Of a DNA stretch of 64,000 nt, positions 28,166-43,874 are shown piece by piece. Both the position numbers and the translations under genes were made by a program. The first letter of the stretch is position 1, and every line of letters starts with the position of its first letter. Location: assembly GCA_012295275.1 (NCBI GenBank), contig CM022672.1, forward strand, positions 8,742,001 to 8,806,000, read 5' to 3'. The stretch is from Chrysomallon squamiferum (taxonomy: Eukaryota > Animalia > Mollusca). Under the pieces are notes generated by a model. That model was not told where the DNA came from and searched no databases. It saw only the letters and a program-made list of their open reading frames with translations.

Positions 28166-31100
28166 TTCCAGCTCATTTCCTTGTATTAGACCTGCAGTAA
28201 GTTCATCAGACACAGATGTCTGATAAAATGGTCAATACCCAGTGAAAACAATAAAATGGTCAATATTCCTTTAAAGCCAATTTCCTGCTGCAGCACACTG
28301 GCTGTGATGTTTGATTCCAGCACCCAAATCCAGAATCCAAGACAATGAATAATAAATTGAATTGGGGTGATGCAGTTGAAAAATGTCATCTACACCAATT
28401 TCCTTACTACCAGGAAGATTCTATAAGGACATTCATTTTACCTGGCCTCTTGGACTTTCTGGTGAACTCTAACATGTATTTGATTTGTTTCTAAGACAAA
28501 GAAAACATTCAGTCAAAAAGTGATATGTGATTTCAGTAATTAAAATAAATTGGTTATGGTTTGGATTCTGTAACAAACCTTCTATATGACAATTATTTAT
28601 GTTGTAACTATTTCATTATCACTGTAACTATTATGGTTTTCTTATTATTATTTAATACACCTTTGACAGAATGATTATGTGTGTTCATGTGCGAGACACA
28701 CAGAAAGAAAGAGACACACGCAAACAAACAAACACTGGAGGGATTATTTGGGGTTAGTTTTCTTTTTGACAATTTTCATTACACTAAAACAAGAAGACAC
28801 CAATGCCTTTTTTTTTTCTTTTTTTTTTTTTTTTTTTTAACAAACAACAAAACCAATTTGTACTCATGTCAGAAAAAAAAAAATAAAAAAATCTGTATAA
28901 TGTTGTTTCTCTTTGGTCTCTCTACAGACAATAAAGCAGAGAATCAAGGACAAATTAGATAAAGTAGGATAATCAAAGTGAAATATATCAATGAGCTATT
29001 AATGATGATTAACATTCCCAAGGCTACCAATCATCAGAAAAAGTTAGAGCTTGTTTGAAATTAGAAGAGCCATGAAGTTCAGAGTAAATAAAATACCCAG
29101 AACTTAGTTATCAGTTAACTGTTCTTGATTACTGTAGTAATAATAAAAATCTTAATTTACTATCTTAATAAATTTTACTGAGTTTGTTAACCATTCAGAG
29201 TGTCACAAAATAAGGTGAAAATTTTAATACCCAGAACTTATAGATAGTAATTTTAGTGATGATGATGACAATGATGATGATGATGATGATAATGTTAATA
29301 ATAATCATAATTTACTATTATAATAATAAATATTTTTTCTTGTTAGAAACTGAAAAGCCATAAATTTCAGTGCCAATGTAATACCTACATCCTTTTAGTT
29401 ATCAATTTACAATCTTTATAATTATAAGGCAATAATAATTTTAATATGTTGATTTATTATCTTATTAATAAATATTTAGATACAGTTTTATTACACATTT
29501 AAATGTCCAAGGATCTGTATAACTGTAACACATCCACAATGACTTTGTTTTTATAATTATATGAAAAATATTTTTATTTATTATCTTATTATATCTAATT
29601 CCTAATTTACTACCTTAATACTAAAATGTAATATGTGCTGTTTGGATATGTTATTGGTATATGACTAAATATATTCTGCTATGTTGTTTTTAGTCAGTTT
29701 ATAAATTAGAGTTTATACCTGAACCCAGTAATACTGTTCTTAATTTATATATTTGTCTTTTTGCCAAGAAATAATGTTATTAAATGAAATTTTTTTATCC
29801 TGTTTTACTTTTTTTTATTGTTGCTGTTGTTTGTTTGTTCCTTTGTTTGTTTTTCACTTTTACATCTGATCATACTGATGAAAATAAAATTAATTTAATG
29901 TTAATTTTATAATTCTGTTTAATTCTTCTATAGTCAATTAATGAAACTATCAAAGAAAAAATGTTTCCTGTTGACAAAATAATCTTCTTAAACTTGATTA
30001 CATTTTTAAAGAAAAATGTTTCTACTGTAAAATAATCTTCTTTTATGACAGATTTACTGTTTTAATTAATACATCTACATTTTTTTTTTAATAAGTTCAT
30101 TATTGTTAACTAATAATGCCTGCCTGTTTAAGCCAACACATTTTTTATCATTTCATAGTTACTACCAATTTCAGTACAACCTATCTTTTTACCAATTAAT
30201 ATTATCTATTATCTAATTTTTTTAATCATTTCATAATACCAACTCCAGTAAAGTTGTTTTAGAAATCATAGTATTCCATTAAATCTTTTTACCATTTCAA
30301 AGTTAATAACAATAGCATGCATATTTTTACCATGTCATATATAACATCTGTATTAAGTACTTAATGTTCTTCTGAAGCATTCCATTTAAATACTAATAAT
30401 ACACAATAACTTTAATAACAGTACTTTCTTTTTCATCTTTTTATTCCACAGTTTTTAACAAAAAAAAAAATTTATATATATATATATATATATTATTCAT
30501 TTTTACTTATAATCCAATAAAAGTAAAAATATATAGGCATATATATATATATATATATATAGATTTATTTGCTTTCGCAAATTTTTAAGGCAGTGAGTAA
30601 CTGTTTCAAAAATAAACCTGTCTTTAATTGTAATTACGTCTTTTGTTGATGAAACCTTATTGATTTTCAGAGGTATTCTAAATGAAATATTGATTCTCAT
30701 TCAGCTACAGGGTTTTTCTAAATCATTAATGACAATAATTAAGAACATTTCTAAAGCATAGGACAAGAAAACTATTTTTATTTATAAAAATATTAACCTC
30801 CCTCAAAATTTTCAGAGTAAAAATTAATTTTGAAAAATTATGAGCATTAACAAAACTAAATAGTTTTAAGATCTTTACATAAAAGATTATGTGTAGTTTA
30901 TTACAGTTTTTATTATACAACACATTTATTATTAGAAATGTACTAGTAATTGCACACTGAATCTGGCATTACATATATATCTTAGTTCTGTACATGGCCT
31001 GTTTTTATTTTTATGATTAATACATATACACATATACTTACATACATACATATATATATATATATATAAAAACATATAAACCTGTAAATACTTAATATTC

Positions 31101-32428
31101 ATTAATTTTTATTCTATTTTTCAAATGCAAAGAAGCTTATCAATAATTACTTCTTCTGGGTCTTTTTATTACATCAATTTTTTTTTTTTTCAATTTATAA
31201 ACCGAACAAAAAATTCATTTTTAATATTTCCTATTCCATTTTTCAAAAGCAAAGAAGACTTATTTACAATTACTTACAGCAGAACTCTTTATTAATTTAC
31301 CAAAAACAGATGTAGCCCACGTTGTTATAGAAGTATCACAAATGTATAGATACAAAAAGTGAAATTCAAAATCTCAACATCAAATGTAACTGTAAAAACC
31401 AGAACCTCAAAATTTACATCTAATCTAAAAAAACCAGGCTTTTTTTATGTTAAAAGTTAGCTTGTTGTGAGAATGACAAAGTATTAAAGTCATGAAATAA
31501 ACATAAAGTTTACCGATTAGAAGATAAGCTAATGAAAGAAGAATAAAGTTTACTGAATAGAAGTAAGCTTGTTGAAGAAGCATAAAGTCTGTTGAATAGT
31601 AATTAAACGGATCAGCGAAGCATAAACAAACAATATTCACTTCAAAAGCCTAGTTAATAACATCAATCACTTCGCAACTTTACTATTACATCTGCATATA
31701 AGGTGATGGGTCAAAGCTGACATTTATATATAGAAAAAACCCTCTGATTATCAATTCTTATTTGACCAAAAAAATAATAATGAGTCAACAAATTTAATGT
31801 AATATAATAGTAAAAAAAAAAATTTGATTAATATTCCATATGTGGCTTTGAAAATTCAAAATGGAAATGGTGGAAAAGAATTAGATTATAAAGGTGGAGA
31901 AAAAAATAACAGAAGAACAAAAGATAGAGAAGAAATTTAATTTCAAACTTGGATTAACCACTAAACTGTTTACCAAAACGTCAAGGACGTAAATACTTCA
32001 AAATACAACATCAAAGAACTTTTGATAATTTGAAAATATAGCGCACTGAAGCACATTAAACTGGTTTAAGACTTTTTACCACTATTCTTAAACTGAGGAG
32101 AAAATTATGGCAACACTAGTGGCTTCACCAAATAATTCTTCAATAAAAGTCCCAGCTTTAAAATATTTGGTGAAAATGCTTCAAACAGTGATCTAATTAC
32201 AAATCCAAAGCATCCTGGCCAAATTCAATAACTGGCTAGCCCTCACCACCAAACAATAAAACACAAATACTTTTCACACTACTCACTGCAATACTTCTGC
32301 AACCACTCAAGCAACATATGTTATTCTGCAGGTGCTTTCACACCAGTAAATACAATCTTGTATGTAACAAGAACTTGTGTAGGCTATTGAGAATATTAAA
32401 CATGCAATAAATATCTTGTTTTACTTAC

Positions 32429-32583
32429 TTGAGTAAAAGAAGTGGACACACAGCGAATAGTTTGTCCTGAAACTCCAACAACAGTCGCAGACCAATGCCA
32501 GGAATATTCTGTGTGCGTGTATTATATTGATTTTCACCGATAGAGATAGGGGGCTGTCTCATGCACGGTGGAAGCCATTCTGT
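32429..32583 (-). other. Candidate internal exon of the minus-strand gene (155 nt)
   Basis: Acceptor gtctttctattacag|, donor caa|gtaagt, GC/CpG-richer than flanks; one frame is open throughout (TEWLPPCMRQPPISIGENQYNTRTQNIPGIGLRLLLEFQDKLFAVCPLLLL). No recognisable domain. Confidence 0.5.
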
Positions 32584-32785
32584 CTGTAATAGAAAGACGC
32601 AGCAGTATGCAAATGGAAATTCATTGGAACTTTCTCAAAAACAGGGCAATTTATCATTACACTGAGAACAGCTTCCCATTGTTCTCAACACCACAACAAT
32701 ACTACTTATATCAAGTCTGCTGATTAATTATCTATAGACTCATTATTTTTTCTTTTGACAAACTGTTTTTGTTTTTCATGTTGTT

Positions 32786-32820
<35 letters not shown>

Positions 32821-33952
32821 CAGACACACCCATACATACACATGAACACACACACACACCACACCAACAGTGACATAAACATAGAGACATACACATCCTA
32901 ATCCTATTCTGAATCAAAGACACCCTAAACAAAATGGTTTAGATATTTTTCTTTCAAAACATTTGTATTTTTTCTTCTTCTTTCATTTCTTTTTCTTTTT
33001 TCTTTTCTCTTTTCTTTTCTCTGACGTTATTTAAATATTTATTAATTGTTTTTGTCATTCAGAATCTCTTTTTTTTTTTTCATCTTTTAGGTTTATTTGT
33101 TTTGTTTTTATTTCTTTTTTTCTGGTTATAATAAAAACACACAAATGTTTTTATAAATCTAGTGTAAGATAAATAATGCTGAATTTTTTATTCCTCTATT
33201 TCATTATTATTGTTGCAATTTCTTTCATTTTTTATTTCCTTTTATCAGTAACATTTTCTTTATGAATTCTTCATAGTAATTAAAAAATTTCATTAATAAT
33301 AATGCTATTGCCTAAGTATAAAGAAACTGGAAAAAAACAAAAAACAAAACAAATCACAGAGGTACTTTATATTAAATCAAATATCTGTTTTAAGAAAACG
33401 TAAACACAGGCTTTGTTAAAGCTGGCTTCAAGAGGAAAAAAAAAAAAATTCACTGGAGAAAAAGAAAAATTTTAAAAAGAAAGAAAACCAATTTCTTTGA
33501 GTTAACTGAACAGAAATCCATCTAGATCACTCTAAATCCCACTGCAATCCAAGACACATTCAAGGTCAACCTGAATTCTAGTCTTATTATGTATGCATTT
33601 CTTACAATCAGAAGACAATTTTAAGTTACTGGTTCCCAAAGTGCTCGCTGACGACAAGACCATAATCAAGCATGGCAACTGTCATCATTATGAGAAATCT
33701 TTTTCACTGATAATTATCAAACTCATTCCACTCTGATGTGTGCACCCAGGTCATTCAGGAAAAATCTGTTGATGCTAAATTACAGACCTCATCTGGGCAT
33801 TTCAAAAGCAACATCAAATTATCCAGGAATAGCTGAATACTGAAAATCTTAATTCTACAGGCATTAAACTGTGCCTGCAGTTTTCAGACAAAACATAGCA
33901 CTGGAGCTTAGAAATGTGCTTTAAGATTAAACATATCATTCTTCTTCTTCTT

Positions 33953-33997
<45 letters not shown>

Positions 33998-35268
33998 TTT
34001 CTTTCTCTATTTGTTTAATTTGTAAGTAATAATAAAATGTTCTATTATATTTTCTTTTATTTCATTTTTAATTTTTTTAAATAATAATATTAATAATACA
34101 AGCATTTCTTTTAAATATCATTCAAAGTAATATATTTCTTCTGTGTTTATGTAATTTGAAAAAACTACTATTTGAAATATCAAAAATCCAAATCAACCAC
34201 TGATTTTGTCATAACTAATATCAACATAAATAGAAGAAACACCTTCATTATAGTAAAGCAAACATCAAATTTTAACAATTAATTTAATAATTTTAACTAT
34301 TAAATACATTAACAAAGAATGTTCTTCCACTATATAAAAACTGAAAAAGAAATTAAATGTTTTTACAAAAATTCTGTAATATTTAAAGGTATTTAAATCT
34401 TTAAATTGCTTGTAGAAAACTTAAAATTTCCAGATTTTTTCACACCGAGATATCCCACTGTTATCTACATGAAACGAAATGGATAAACAAACATATGTTT
34501 CTTTTTACTACACAGTGAAATAAATCTGCAGAAAAAAATTACACCTTTATGGCTTACTGATTACTAGAATCAGACAGTATTGACTTTTAAAGCCTTGAAC
34601 ATACCTACAAAATTGAACACTGTAATGACTGTCAACAGTATGGACATGAAGTGACAATGACATTAATAATATCAATATTGGTGTGTTCAGGTATAAAGGT
34701 GTTTTTTTTCTCTATGTAGATATTCATGTTGACAAAACAACACTGTAAGTAAATACAGAGTAATAATGGAAAATGGTCAACTCAATGTCATGAACAGACT
34801 GTCTGTTGTTTATTTTTCCACCTCAAAAGATTAGGCTATGATTGCCATATTCAAAATCAAATAAACATACCACCAGTTTTTATGTGTCTGCCTTCAGAGT
34901 ATTTACTTATATTGTTAGTTTTTCCTTTTAGATAAAAAAAGACATTAAAAATAAACATTTTATGGATTAAATACGTTTTTTGAAATTGTCTGTATATATA
35001 TTATTGTGTGTGTGTGTGTGTGTGTGTGTGCTTTTATTTCAAATGAAATTTTGTACATGTATGTTGATACTGTTTTATTTTAAATGACATTTATTAACAA
35101 ATGCTGCACAAGTTAAATTATGTATGCTTGAACATTATTATTATTTTAATCCAACCTAAATATATTTGAACAAAAGCATTAAGTTCTCACTTTGAAACCA
35201 TAATTAAATCACTTTTATTATTAGAAATAAATAAAATACAATTTTCTTTTTTCACTTAAATATATAAC

Positions 35269-35274
35269 TCTCTC

Positions 35275-35361
<87 letters not shown>
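35269..35361. repeat. (TC)n(TA)n compound microsatellite
   Basis: Direct reading. Confidence 0.95.
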
Positions 35362-35848
35362 CCAGTGTATTATACTATGAATGCTTGCATGTTCTAACAC
35401 ATTACTATTTTAAATTAATAACTCTGACATCATTCAGTCATTTGATATTTTAGTTCACACTAAACAAATACATGCAAAAAGCCCATAAAAAGCCTTGAAA
35501 TAGACTGCGACAAAAGTATACAATTAAACCATTAAATAAATTTCATGATCTAAATAACAAATTGAACCTTTAACATCAACAAGGACATTAATAAAAATAA
35601 ACTGTTGTAAACTTTGAGTAGATGTGATAAAAGAGTGCTAAAACAATTTAAGCAATTCACTGATGTTCCTGTAAAAAACAAATTACAGCTCCAACAGTTA
35701 CAGGACTGTTGTGTCATAATGTTAATAAATTATCACCAAAGGAATATATAACTGTATGTTTATATATATATATATAACATTTTTGTTGTTTCCAAATGTT
35801 TATATGTGTTTTTATATATGTATCTATAAATGACTATACATATGTGTG

Positions 35849-35896
<48 letters not shown>

Positions 35897-37382
35897 TGGA
35901 TGTATGGATGCACATATGTATAAGTTATGTTGCTAAGTGACATGTTGCAGTATGGGTATGTAGATGCAAGTTTGCATACCTTTTGTTCAGATATATGCTT
36001 GTATTTTTGTTATGCCAATACAAGCCTGTGAATGTTCCTACTGGATCCTTAACAAATTTCAGACATATATGATATAATCATATCTTCAACAAAACCTTTT
36101 ACACACACACTCACACACATACTGAAACAAAATGAGTCAGTAGCACTTGATGTTTTCTACCAGTCTTTCATTTTCAGAATATTAAAAACCTAATCCATCA
36201 ATACTAATGGTTTTGTAGTGTGACTAAGAAACCCATTCTCAGCACATCTATATCAAAGTCTGAAAAGGATTTTACCCATTTAAATTCAACTGATAAGGGA
36301 AGCCAAAAAATCTTTATTATATAGATAATGTTCAGTGAATCATCATCTATTTAAGAGGATACATGCAGCAATATAAAAACAATTGTTATTTTTCACAGAA
36401 TTGTTACAGAACTGAAACTTGATAGAAATAATCCCCTTTTGTTACAATAAAAAAATAGTACTAGTTTATTTTTGATGACATTCTTAAATATTAAAGTATC
36501 CCATTTCATGAACCTTCAACCCAAACCAACACACATGCGTGCACACACACAAACACAAACACATATTTAATATATATCATTGACAAAATAACAGAAAGAA
36601 GAAACAACATTTTTTTTTTTTTTAAATAATGTTTTTCATTTGTATTTTGAAACAACAGAAAGTTGTATAAAGGTTATATGAAAAGAATAGTTAATTTTTG
36701 CCAAGTTTTTCTTTTTGTCATTTTGCAGTGTTTGTTTTCAAATATACATATTCCAAATTTGGAAATTCTTGCACAAATAGTTTTCATACAGCATCTTTCC
36801 AAAAATGTTAGGAGAATACAAAAAAAGATAGGAGATAAAAAATACAAATGAAGTTTTATAAACCATATTTGTATTTAATTATAGCTATAGGGGTGATATT
36901 ATGCATCATTATTACATACTCTTTATACATGCACTTTCTTTCGCCAAAAACCAGAAACATTTATCTGCAAAAGTAAATTTTTTATATAAATGGTCATGCC
37001 AAAAACTAAAAAAACTATTATGTTGATTCAAATTTTGTCCATTCTGGCCTAGCATGTCCCCTTAAACCCACAAAAATTACTGAACAGGTGAATAATTTAA
37101 TACAATGAGTACTGAACTACTTTTTCACATAAACATCGACATGTCACATGATCAGTTCTAACTGATGTATTAAGTAAACAATTTCCTATTCCAAACACTA
37201 TCCTAATACAAGCTTAAAGGTTGTGATATGTGTTTTTCAACATGTAATAATGTATTTAAAGCTAATAATGAATTATGAATAATGTTGTTTGATCTCTAAT
37301 ATCATCTGCATTGTACTAAAAAAAAGTCCTGACATTCAATAACCATGAAGATTTCATTCAGGTTTTCACTTGCATATAATGA

Positions 37383-37598
37383 TATATCTAAACAATTAAC
37401 TTCTACATCAAAATTCACTTTTGATTAAAGAATTCACTTAAATATCTAAACAATTCATTTCTCTAAACAGTTCACTAGAATTTACAAACAGTTTACTAGA
37501 ATATCTTTAAAAAAAGTGTCTTACTGAATATAATCTAAATAATTCACTTGAATACAATTCACTTTAATTTCTAAATAATTCCCTTGAATATCCAAACA
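37383..37598 (+). repeat. Degenerate ~21-bp minisatellite (tatctaaacaattcacttgaa-like)
   Basis: Roughly 9 variant units seen. Confidence 0.7.
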
Positions 37599-39603
37599 GA
37601 TGTGCCACAGAAACTGCTGTTTTAAATAGAAATAAATTATTTCCACAGAACCTCTTCATTTACAGTCTGATGTTGTCTGTGATGCATTCAACAAGCAATT
37701 ATTAATGCAAAATTTGTCACAATAAAAGATGTTATGGCAGTATATGGAGATATTAACTCAACTGATGGGTAATGAAGTAACAGGACTGGCCTGCAGCTGG
37801 AATGGATATTAAATAAAAGTAAATCAAATATACGACCATCAACAGATCTTTTAGATGAAACTTGCATTAACAAAATGGAAGGAAACAGCATTTTCACTTA
37901 GTTCATCTGTGGCTAAAAGCATTTCCTATGATAAACATTTGTCTGAGACTTGAAAGAAAAAGTATTGTGAGTTTTTCTCAACACTACATTTTCTTTAACA
38001 AAATATCGGACAAAATGGACTTTACTGCCTTTACATATTTATTAAAAATTTAACTGCTGTCATGGCATTATTTTGTAAAATGACAGCCAATCTTTTGTTT
38101 TCTGTGTTATCTGTATAAAATATACATATGCAAAGCAGATTTTCTTCTCAAAGTATTCACATATTTGTCTACACAATAAATGAATATTTTTTTTGGTATC
38201 ATGTTATCTGCGTATGTATGTATGGCATATAAGCATGCATAGACGTTTCCAGAGAATGCACATGTTGCATTTGCCAGCATATTAAATGCAAAGTGATTTT
38301 CCAAAATAACCCTGTTTTACCCCACAATCAGTAATATTTAAACACCCTTGCTTCTCATTAACTAACCACTGTAGCCAGTCAGAACCTGCATTTTCATATT
38401 AAAGCTAAATTATCTTTGTCACACATTTCATTCTGCTGTTTAAACAGATGAATAATAGAAGAGAATCCTTAATGTTAAGCTGATAAAGGGAAGTTGTAGA
38501 CTTTCTCTAAGCTGACAATCAGATTACATCTCGGAATTGAACCTTGGATAATTCTGCATCGGGCTACCAAGGGCTTCTAATTATTACACTGTTTTCTCCA
38601 GCATACGTCACGTTCTGATCAAATGGATTGTGCAAAACAACATGCTGAAATCAAATCGCAATAAAGAAGTGTCTATAAAATGATGTATCACGTCATAAAA
38701 TATATATATGTCATCACATAAAGCAAGAATTTGCCAAGGCAATGCCAGGTGATAGGAATATAGAATGTCACCGGATATTAAACTCTGAGACTTTGAATTA
38801 ATAAAATTCTGCAAAAGACTAAACAGGTGTGGAATTAGTACTCTGACAAATGGATTTAAAAATAGTAGTTTCTGTAATAAATGTATTTTGGAAACTTCTG
38901 CATTGTTTCTAAAGCTCATCTCTTGTCAATAGTGATTAATTACTAATTTATTTTTTCATGTTCAGGCAATTCATCACCATATAAAAAATAAATCAATTAA
39001 AACAATACTGCTGCCATAGTACATAAATTCAATACTGAAGAATCATACATAAAGTCATGTATATTATAGTCATAAAAGATTTGTTAATTTTTTTAAATTT
39101 ATTAAACATATTCTTGCAACATCCACTGCTCAGAAAATGAACCAAAAATAAAAATATATAAATAAAAAGGCAAGAAAAGAGGTAGTATTTTCCACTGCAA
39201 GAAGACCATCAGATTGTTTTCAGCTCAATAATGTAACTATGAAAATTATGATTCTTTATTACTAAGTTAAGATAAATTATTTGGATTTAATTACTCCAAG
39301 ACAATATACACGGTACTCTATATATTACATATTAAAGTAATTGTTTATGCAATTATTTACTGAAAGAACCCAAATATTCATGTTAATAAACAAAATTTAA
39401 TTTCTTCATTTACATATTTGAATCCTTCACATTTTACTGAAAAAGATTCTTAAAATAGTAATACTAACTCATTTTGAAAACTCATTTTTTTAAATTCAAA
39501 GACTTTTGTAAGAAGGAATGTACATCTTTCTTTTTTGGTTTATAATTTCAGTGTTAAAGTAGACTTTCTTGTATTCTGTATATGATAAACAAACAAACAA
39601 ACA

Positions 39604-39635
<32 letters not shown>

Positions 39636-39945
39636 TCAGTTTTGATACACATACACACAATTTACATTGTAAAGCCAGACTTCAACAAACAGACATGTGC
39701 TTTCTCTGTACATATCATAAATGGTGTCAATAGAAGTCAAATTCTGAAAGTGTTTTATAATAAACAGTTAATGCCCACATGTTGCAGGTGACAGTCACAG
39801 CTGTAACATCCAAACCAGACTAAACTTGGACATAATTTTCAAAGTGCACAATACAGAGATGGGATCAATATGAAACAACATTCGTTTTAACACAGCAATT
39901 AGACAATCAAAGAAATTATAAAAAACTTGTTTTTTACACGTACAC

Positions 39946-39948
<3 letters not shown>

Positions 39949-40036
<88 letters not shown>
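39949..40036. repeat. (AG)n microsatellite
   Basis: Direct reading. Confidence 0.95.
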
Positions 40037-40039
<3 letters not shown>

Positions 40040-41019
40040 ACAAATTATTTTTTATAACTTTTATTTTCTTGAAAATTGTTGTAAAAACAATATTTGTAAG
40101 ACATAAATATAACCAGTATATAAATAAATGGGAAAATTATGAAACATTCTACAGATCAATCTGGAAGCTATTTTGACTAAAATTACCTGTTACAGAAACT
40201 GATTTTAATTTTGTATTAGAGAAAAATAATAATACTATGTAATAATGAAAATCAGTTAAACAGTGTTATTTTAATTTAAACCTTAATATAACTCTTGAAA
40301 GCAATGAAATATGAGATTAAAGAATATAAACAAATAAAACAAAAGATAGTCAGCTTTGTTACAATTTTGGTCTGAAATTATTCAGACAGTATAATCATTA
40401 CTAAGTGATTCTCAACCATTTTTGAAGTGGATTTAGATTTTAAAAAATAATAATAAAATAAACTTAATAAGATAAACAACCTTTTTGTTAAGTATGAAGT
40501 ATATAACGATATACAAATATTAAATGTAATATCTGTAAGTCATTCCAGGTTTAATTCTCTTCACTTGAGTTCTATTTATATACCATAATTTTTTCCAATA
40601 AGACCTGTACCAAGACAACTTATTATATCACTTAGCTTATTTCCAGACAAAAGTCCATTTTGCTGACGAAAGAAACTACAACATAAACCAGTAGATAAAA
40701 TGAGATAATGATTATATGTACCAATAATCTAAAGATATGCATTTTTCTAATAAATATAGTAGTAGATTTTAACTAACCTTTCAGAAAATATATTATGTAT
40801 GTGATATATTTATGTGTGTTTGTGTGTCAGTATGTGTAAATATGTAAGTACATGTGTATTAGTGTACACACATTCAAAGGTGTGATGTGTATTCTTTATT
40901 ATTATTTGCATACATTTAGGTGTATGTTTGTGTGTTGTTTGCAGAAAACTGAAAGAATATTCATAATAATTAAATTAAATATTGAATAGTAAATAATAAC
41001 AACGACATAAGTGTATAAG

Positions 41020-41052
<33 letters not shown>

Positions 41053-43830
41053 TTAAAACATTATACAATGTAACAGTGAAACCTATGTTTGGTATTTAAA
41101 AGCTCTGGAAAAATTAACACTGTGGCTTTCTAACTATATTGATCTGTTTACAAAATGGTTGGTTCATGTAGGCATTATTTTCTCAACTGACACACAGTGC
41201 TGAGCCTAAGCCTCTGATGGCTTCTATCTTGCACATATCAAATTCTTTGATGCACAACTGTTCTTAATAAACAACAACAACAACACTAACAATAAATACA
41301 TAACAATCCTTTTAGTATAATTGTAGAAAATGTAATTTTTGTTCATTTCAAAAAAAAAAGATTAAGAAAAAAGATAAAACAAAATAAAAAATTAAAAGTT
41401 CTTAAATTTGTACCTATATATGCATTCAGCAGCTTCTTTTAAAATAATTAAAAATTAATATTTTTTGAAGAATAAATATTTTATAAATAATCCATAAAAA
41501 AGATAAAAACATCACAACAACAAGGTTTCGAGACAACAGTATCAAATAAAATGACAAATCATGATATATGATGTCTGCAAAACATCCTATTACGAACAGC
41601 ATAAAAGAAACACAAAACATCAAAGAGCGCGAGACAAATAAAAAACATGATGGGAACAATTCTAAATGAAACAAGTCTTGGAGAAAATCTCAAATTATTT
41701 TGGTCACAAGCATGAATAAAATGTGTTGTTTATGAAGCACAAAATTCAATTTAAAAATTTCTAAACATAATAATAATAATAACAAAAAAAAAAAAAAAAC
41801 ATTCACTCCAAGGCAAACTGATTGCAGTTGTCTTTGATTGGAACTGTTGGTTACTGAGACAAAATAAATGGTTGGTTAAGTTCAATTACATGATTAGACT
41901 TCTGTCAAGATATCGTGTCAAAGGCTGTCAGAGACTTACAGTAATGAGAGGGCTCAGAGGATGCAAATGTGTTTTATATTTGCTGCTTACTGTGTAATAA
42001 GAAAAAATACATCTAAAACATCTTTCTGCTATTTAGTTTTTATTAAATGGTATAATTTAAAATGGACTTAATTTGTCAGTTGATTGGCCTTCCTCTCCAT
42101 ATGTGCATATGTGACAGATCTGATTTTTCTCCCCCATATTTTGTGGTTATATGTTCAAAAGCCATATAGAACCTAGCACATAAAGCTTTAAAACATTTAA
42201 GTATTTGTTAAATAACTTGCTTAAAGCAGCTGTTACCATACCTTGATGAATTAAAACATTATAAAATATATAAGCATTTTGAAAACTTGTATTGATAAAG
42301 AATATCTTTAACATACTGCAGCATATGGTAATCTGAAGGGGTCTTAAGATATCATAGAAGATGGATTATTTCAGTATATGATTATGTCTTATCCCTGGCA
42401 CTAAATCTCAGACTGAAGTAATGGTCTATGTTCTAAATTTAGATGAAACTGTCCTGAAACAGTTTTTTTAAGCATCCAATATTTGAAATGCCAGACACAT
42501 TAAAATGTTAGGGTAACATATAACCAAAACTAGTGCTAAAATGTATGCACCTTGAATGTTAATTAATAAAAATTTGTTCTGTCATTTTTTTTTTTTCTTG
42601 GTTTGCCTCTGTACAAGTTTACAATATAACTGACATTTTTAAGATTAAAATAATGCTGGAGTAACACTGTAATCTTTGCATAATTTGAATTATTTCCTCA
42701 ATGATTATGATTAAAATTATGAAAGAAAGCATGTTTTATTCAAACAACACACCCAAAACATTTTTAAATCTTATATACAATAGAATTATTAGTTTAGATT
42801 ATACTTTATAATATATAGATGATCAGCTATAATTAAAGATTAACTCAAATACAATTAATATATTGTTCAAAATCATTATGATTATGTAAAAAAAATAAGA
42901 CAGTTAGCTAACTACAATAATCAATAAATGTGATAAAACTAAATTATTTTGTTAATAAAATTATATGAACTTGCAAACACTGACACAACACACACTAGAC
43001 GTTACAGGAATAAGGTCTTGAAAAATATTTTAATGTCTCATATCTATCGCATAAATGACAAATTACCTTTAAATATTATAATCCTTAATAGGTAAGTTTA
43101 AAAAATATTATTAACAAAATACCACAGACTTTTACAAAAAGGTTTTAAAAATTATTTCTAAAAACTAATATCAAATGATTTTATTTTGATGATGTTTTTA
43201 ATTAAGTACACTTCAGTTAAGTCTGAAATGCTGAAAGCCTACTAATGTCAGATTACACTCAGAACCTTTTTGTAATGTAAATATACCCAGCCATGCAAGT
43301 TCACATTATAAGGTATGTTCATTTTTAGCAACATTCTCATTAGAATTAAATTATACAGGAAAAATAAAAATGCCATAAGCAGCATAACACTGAGAAAAAT
43401 AGACAAACAGCAACAACAAAACAGTGACACCATATATGCTATTATATAATGAGCATCTACAGTTACCACACAGATTATCAAAACATGGCATTTCTCTCAA
43501 GGATGTATGGCCCCAAATTACTAAATTACACACATTCACCATGATGGTGTAATGTAATTTTCTATAGTGTGATGCCCTTTGCTATTAATAACAAAGAAAA
43601 CAGCCCCTTGTGAGAGAGCACTAGGTTTCTTCTTAAGTTTATTTGTAAAATATTTAACTATAGGTACAGTGATAAAACCATACATTAAAAAGATATAAAA
43701 ACAAAATAATTTCTTATTCTTCATGATTATAGATGTAATGACTATATGTCTTTACTAATTGCAAAAATAATTTGAAATTATACAAAACATACATACATAC
43801 ATACATACATACATCTATATATGTACATGG

Positions 43831-43874
<44 letters not shown>

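Noticed and set aside
38520-38602. tRNA B-box-like ccaaGGTTCAATTCC on the minus strand
   Set aside because: No cloverleaf or convincing A box; at most a decayed tRNA-derived SINE head.
38608-38919. 103-aa minus-strand ORF
   Set aside because: No recognisable motif; the nearest good donor (gtatgc) lies after its stop.
21308-43724. Further very short or weak phase-2 Met-donor candidates (21308 MLAY, 25647 MRYK, 43540 ORF ending tg|gtgaat)
   Set aside because: Weak donors or peptides too short; expected by chance in AT-rich DNA.
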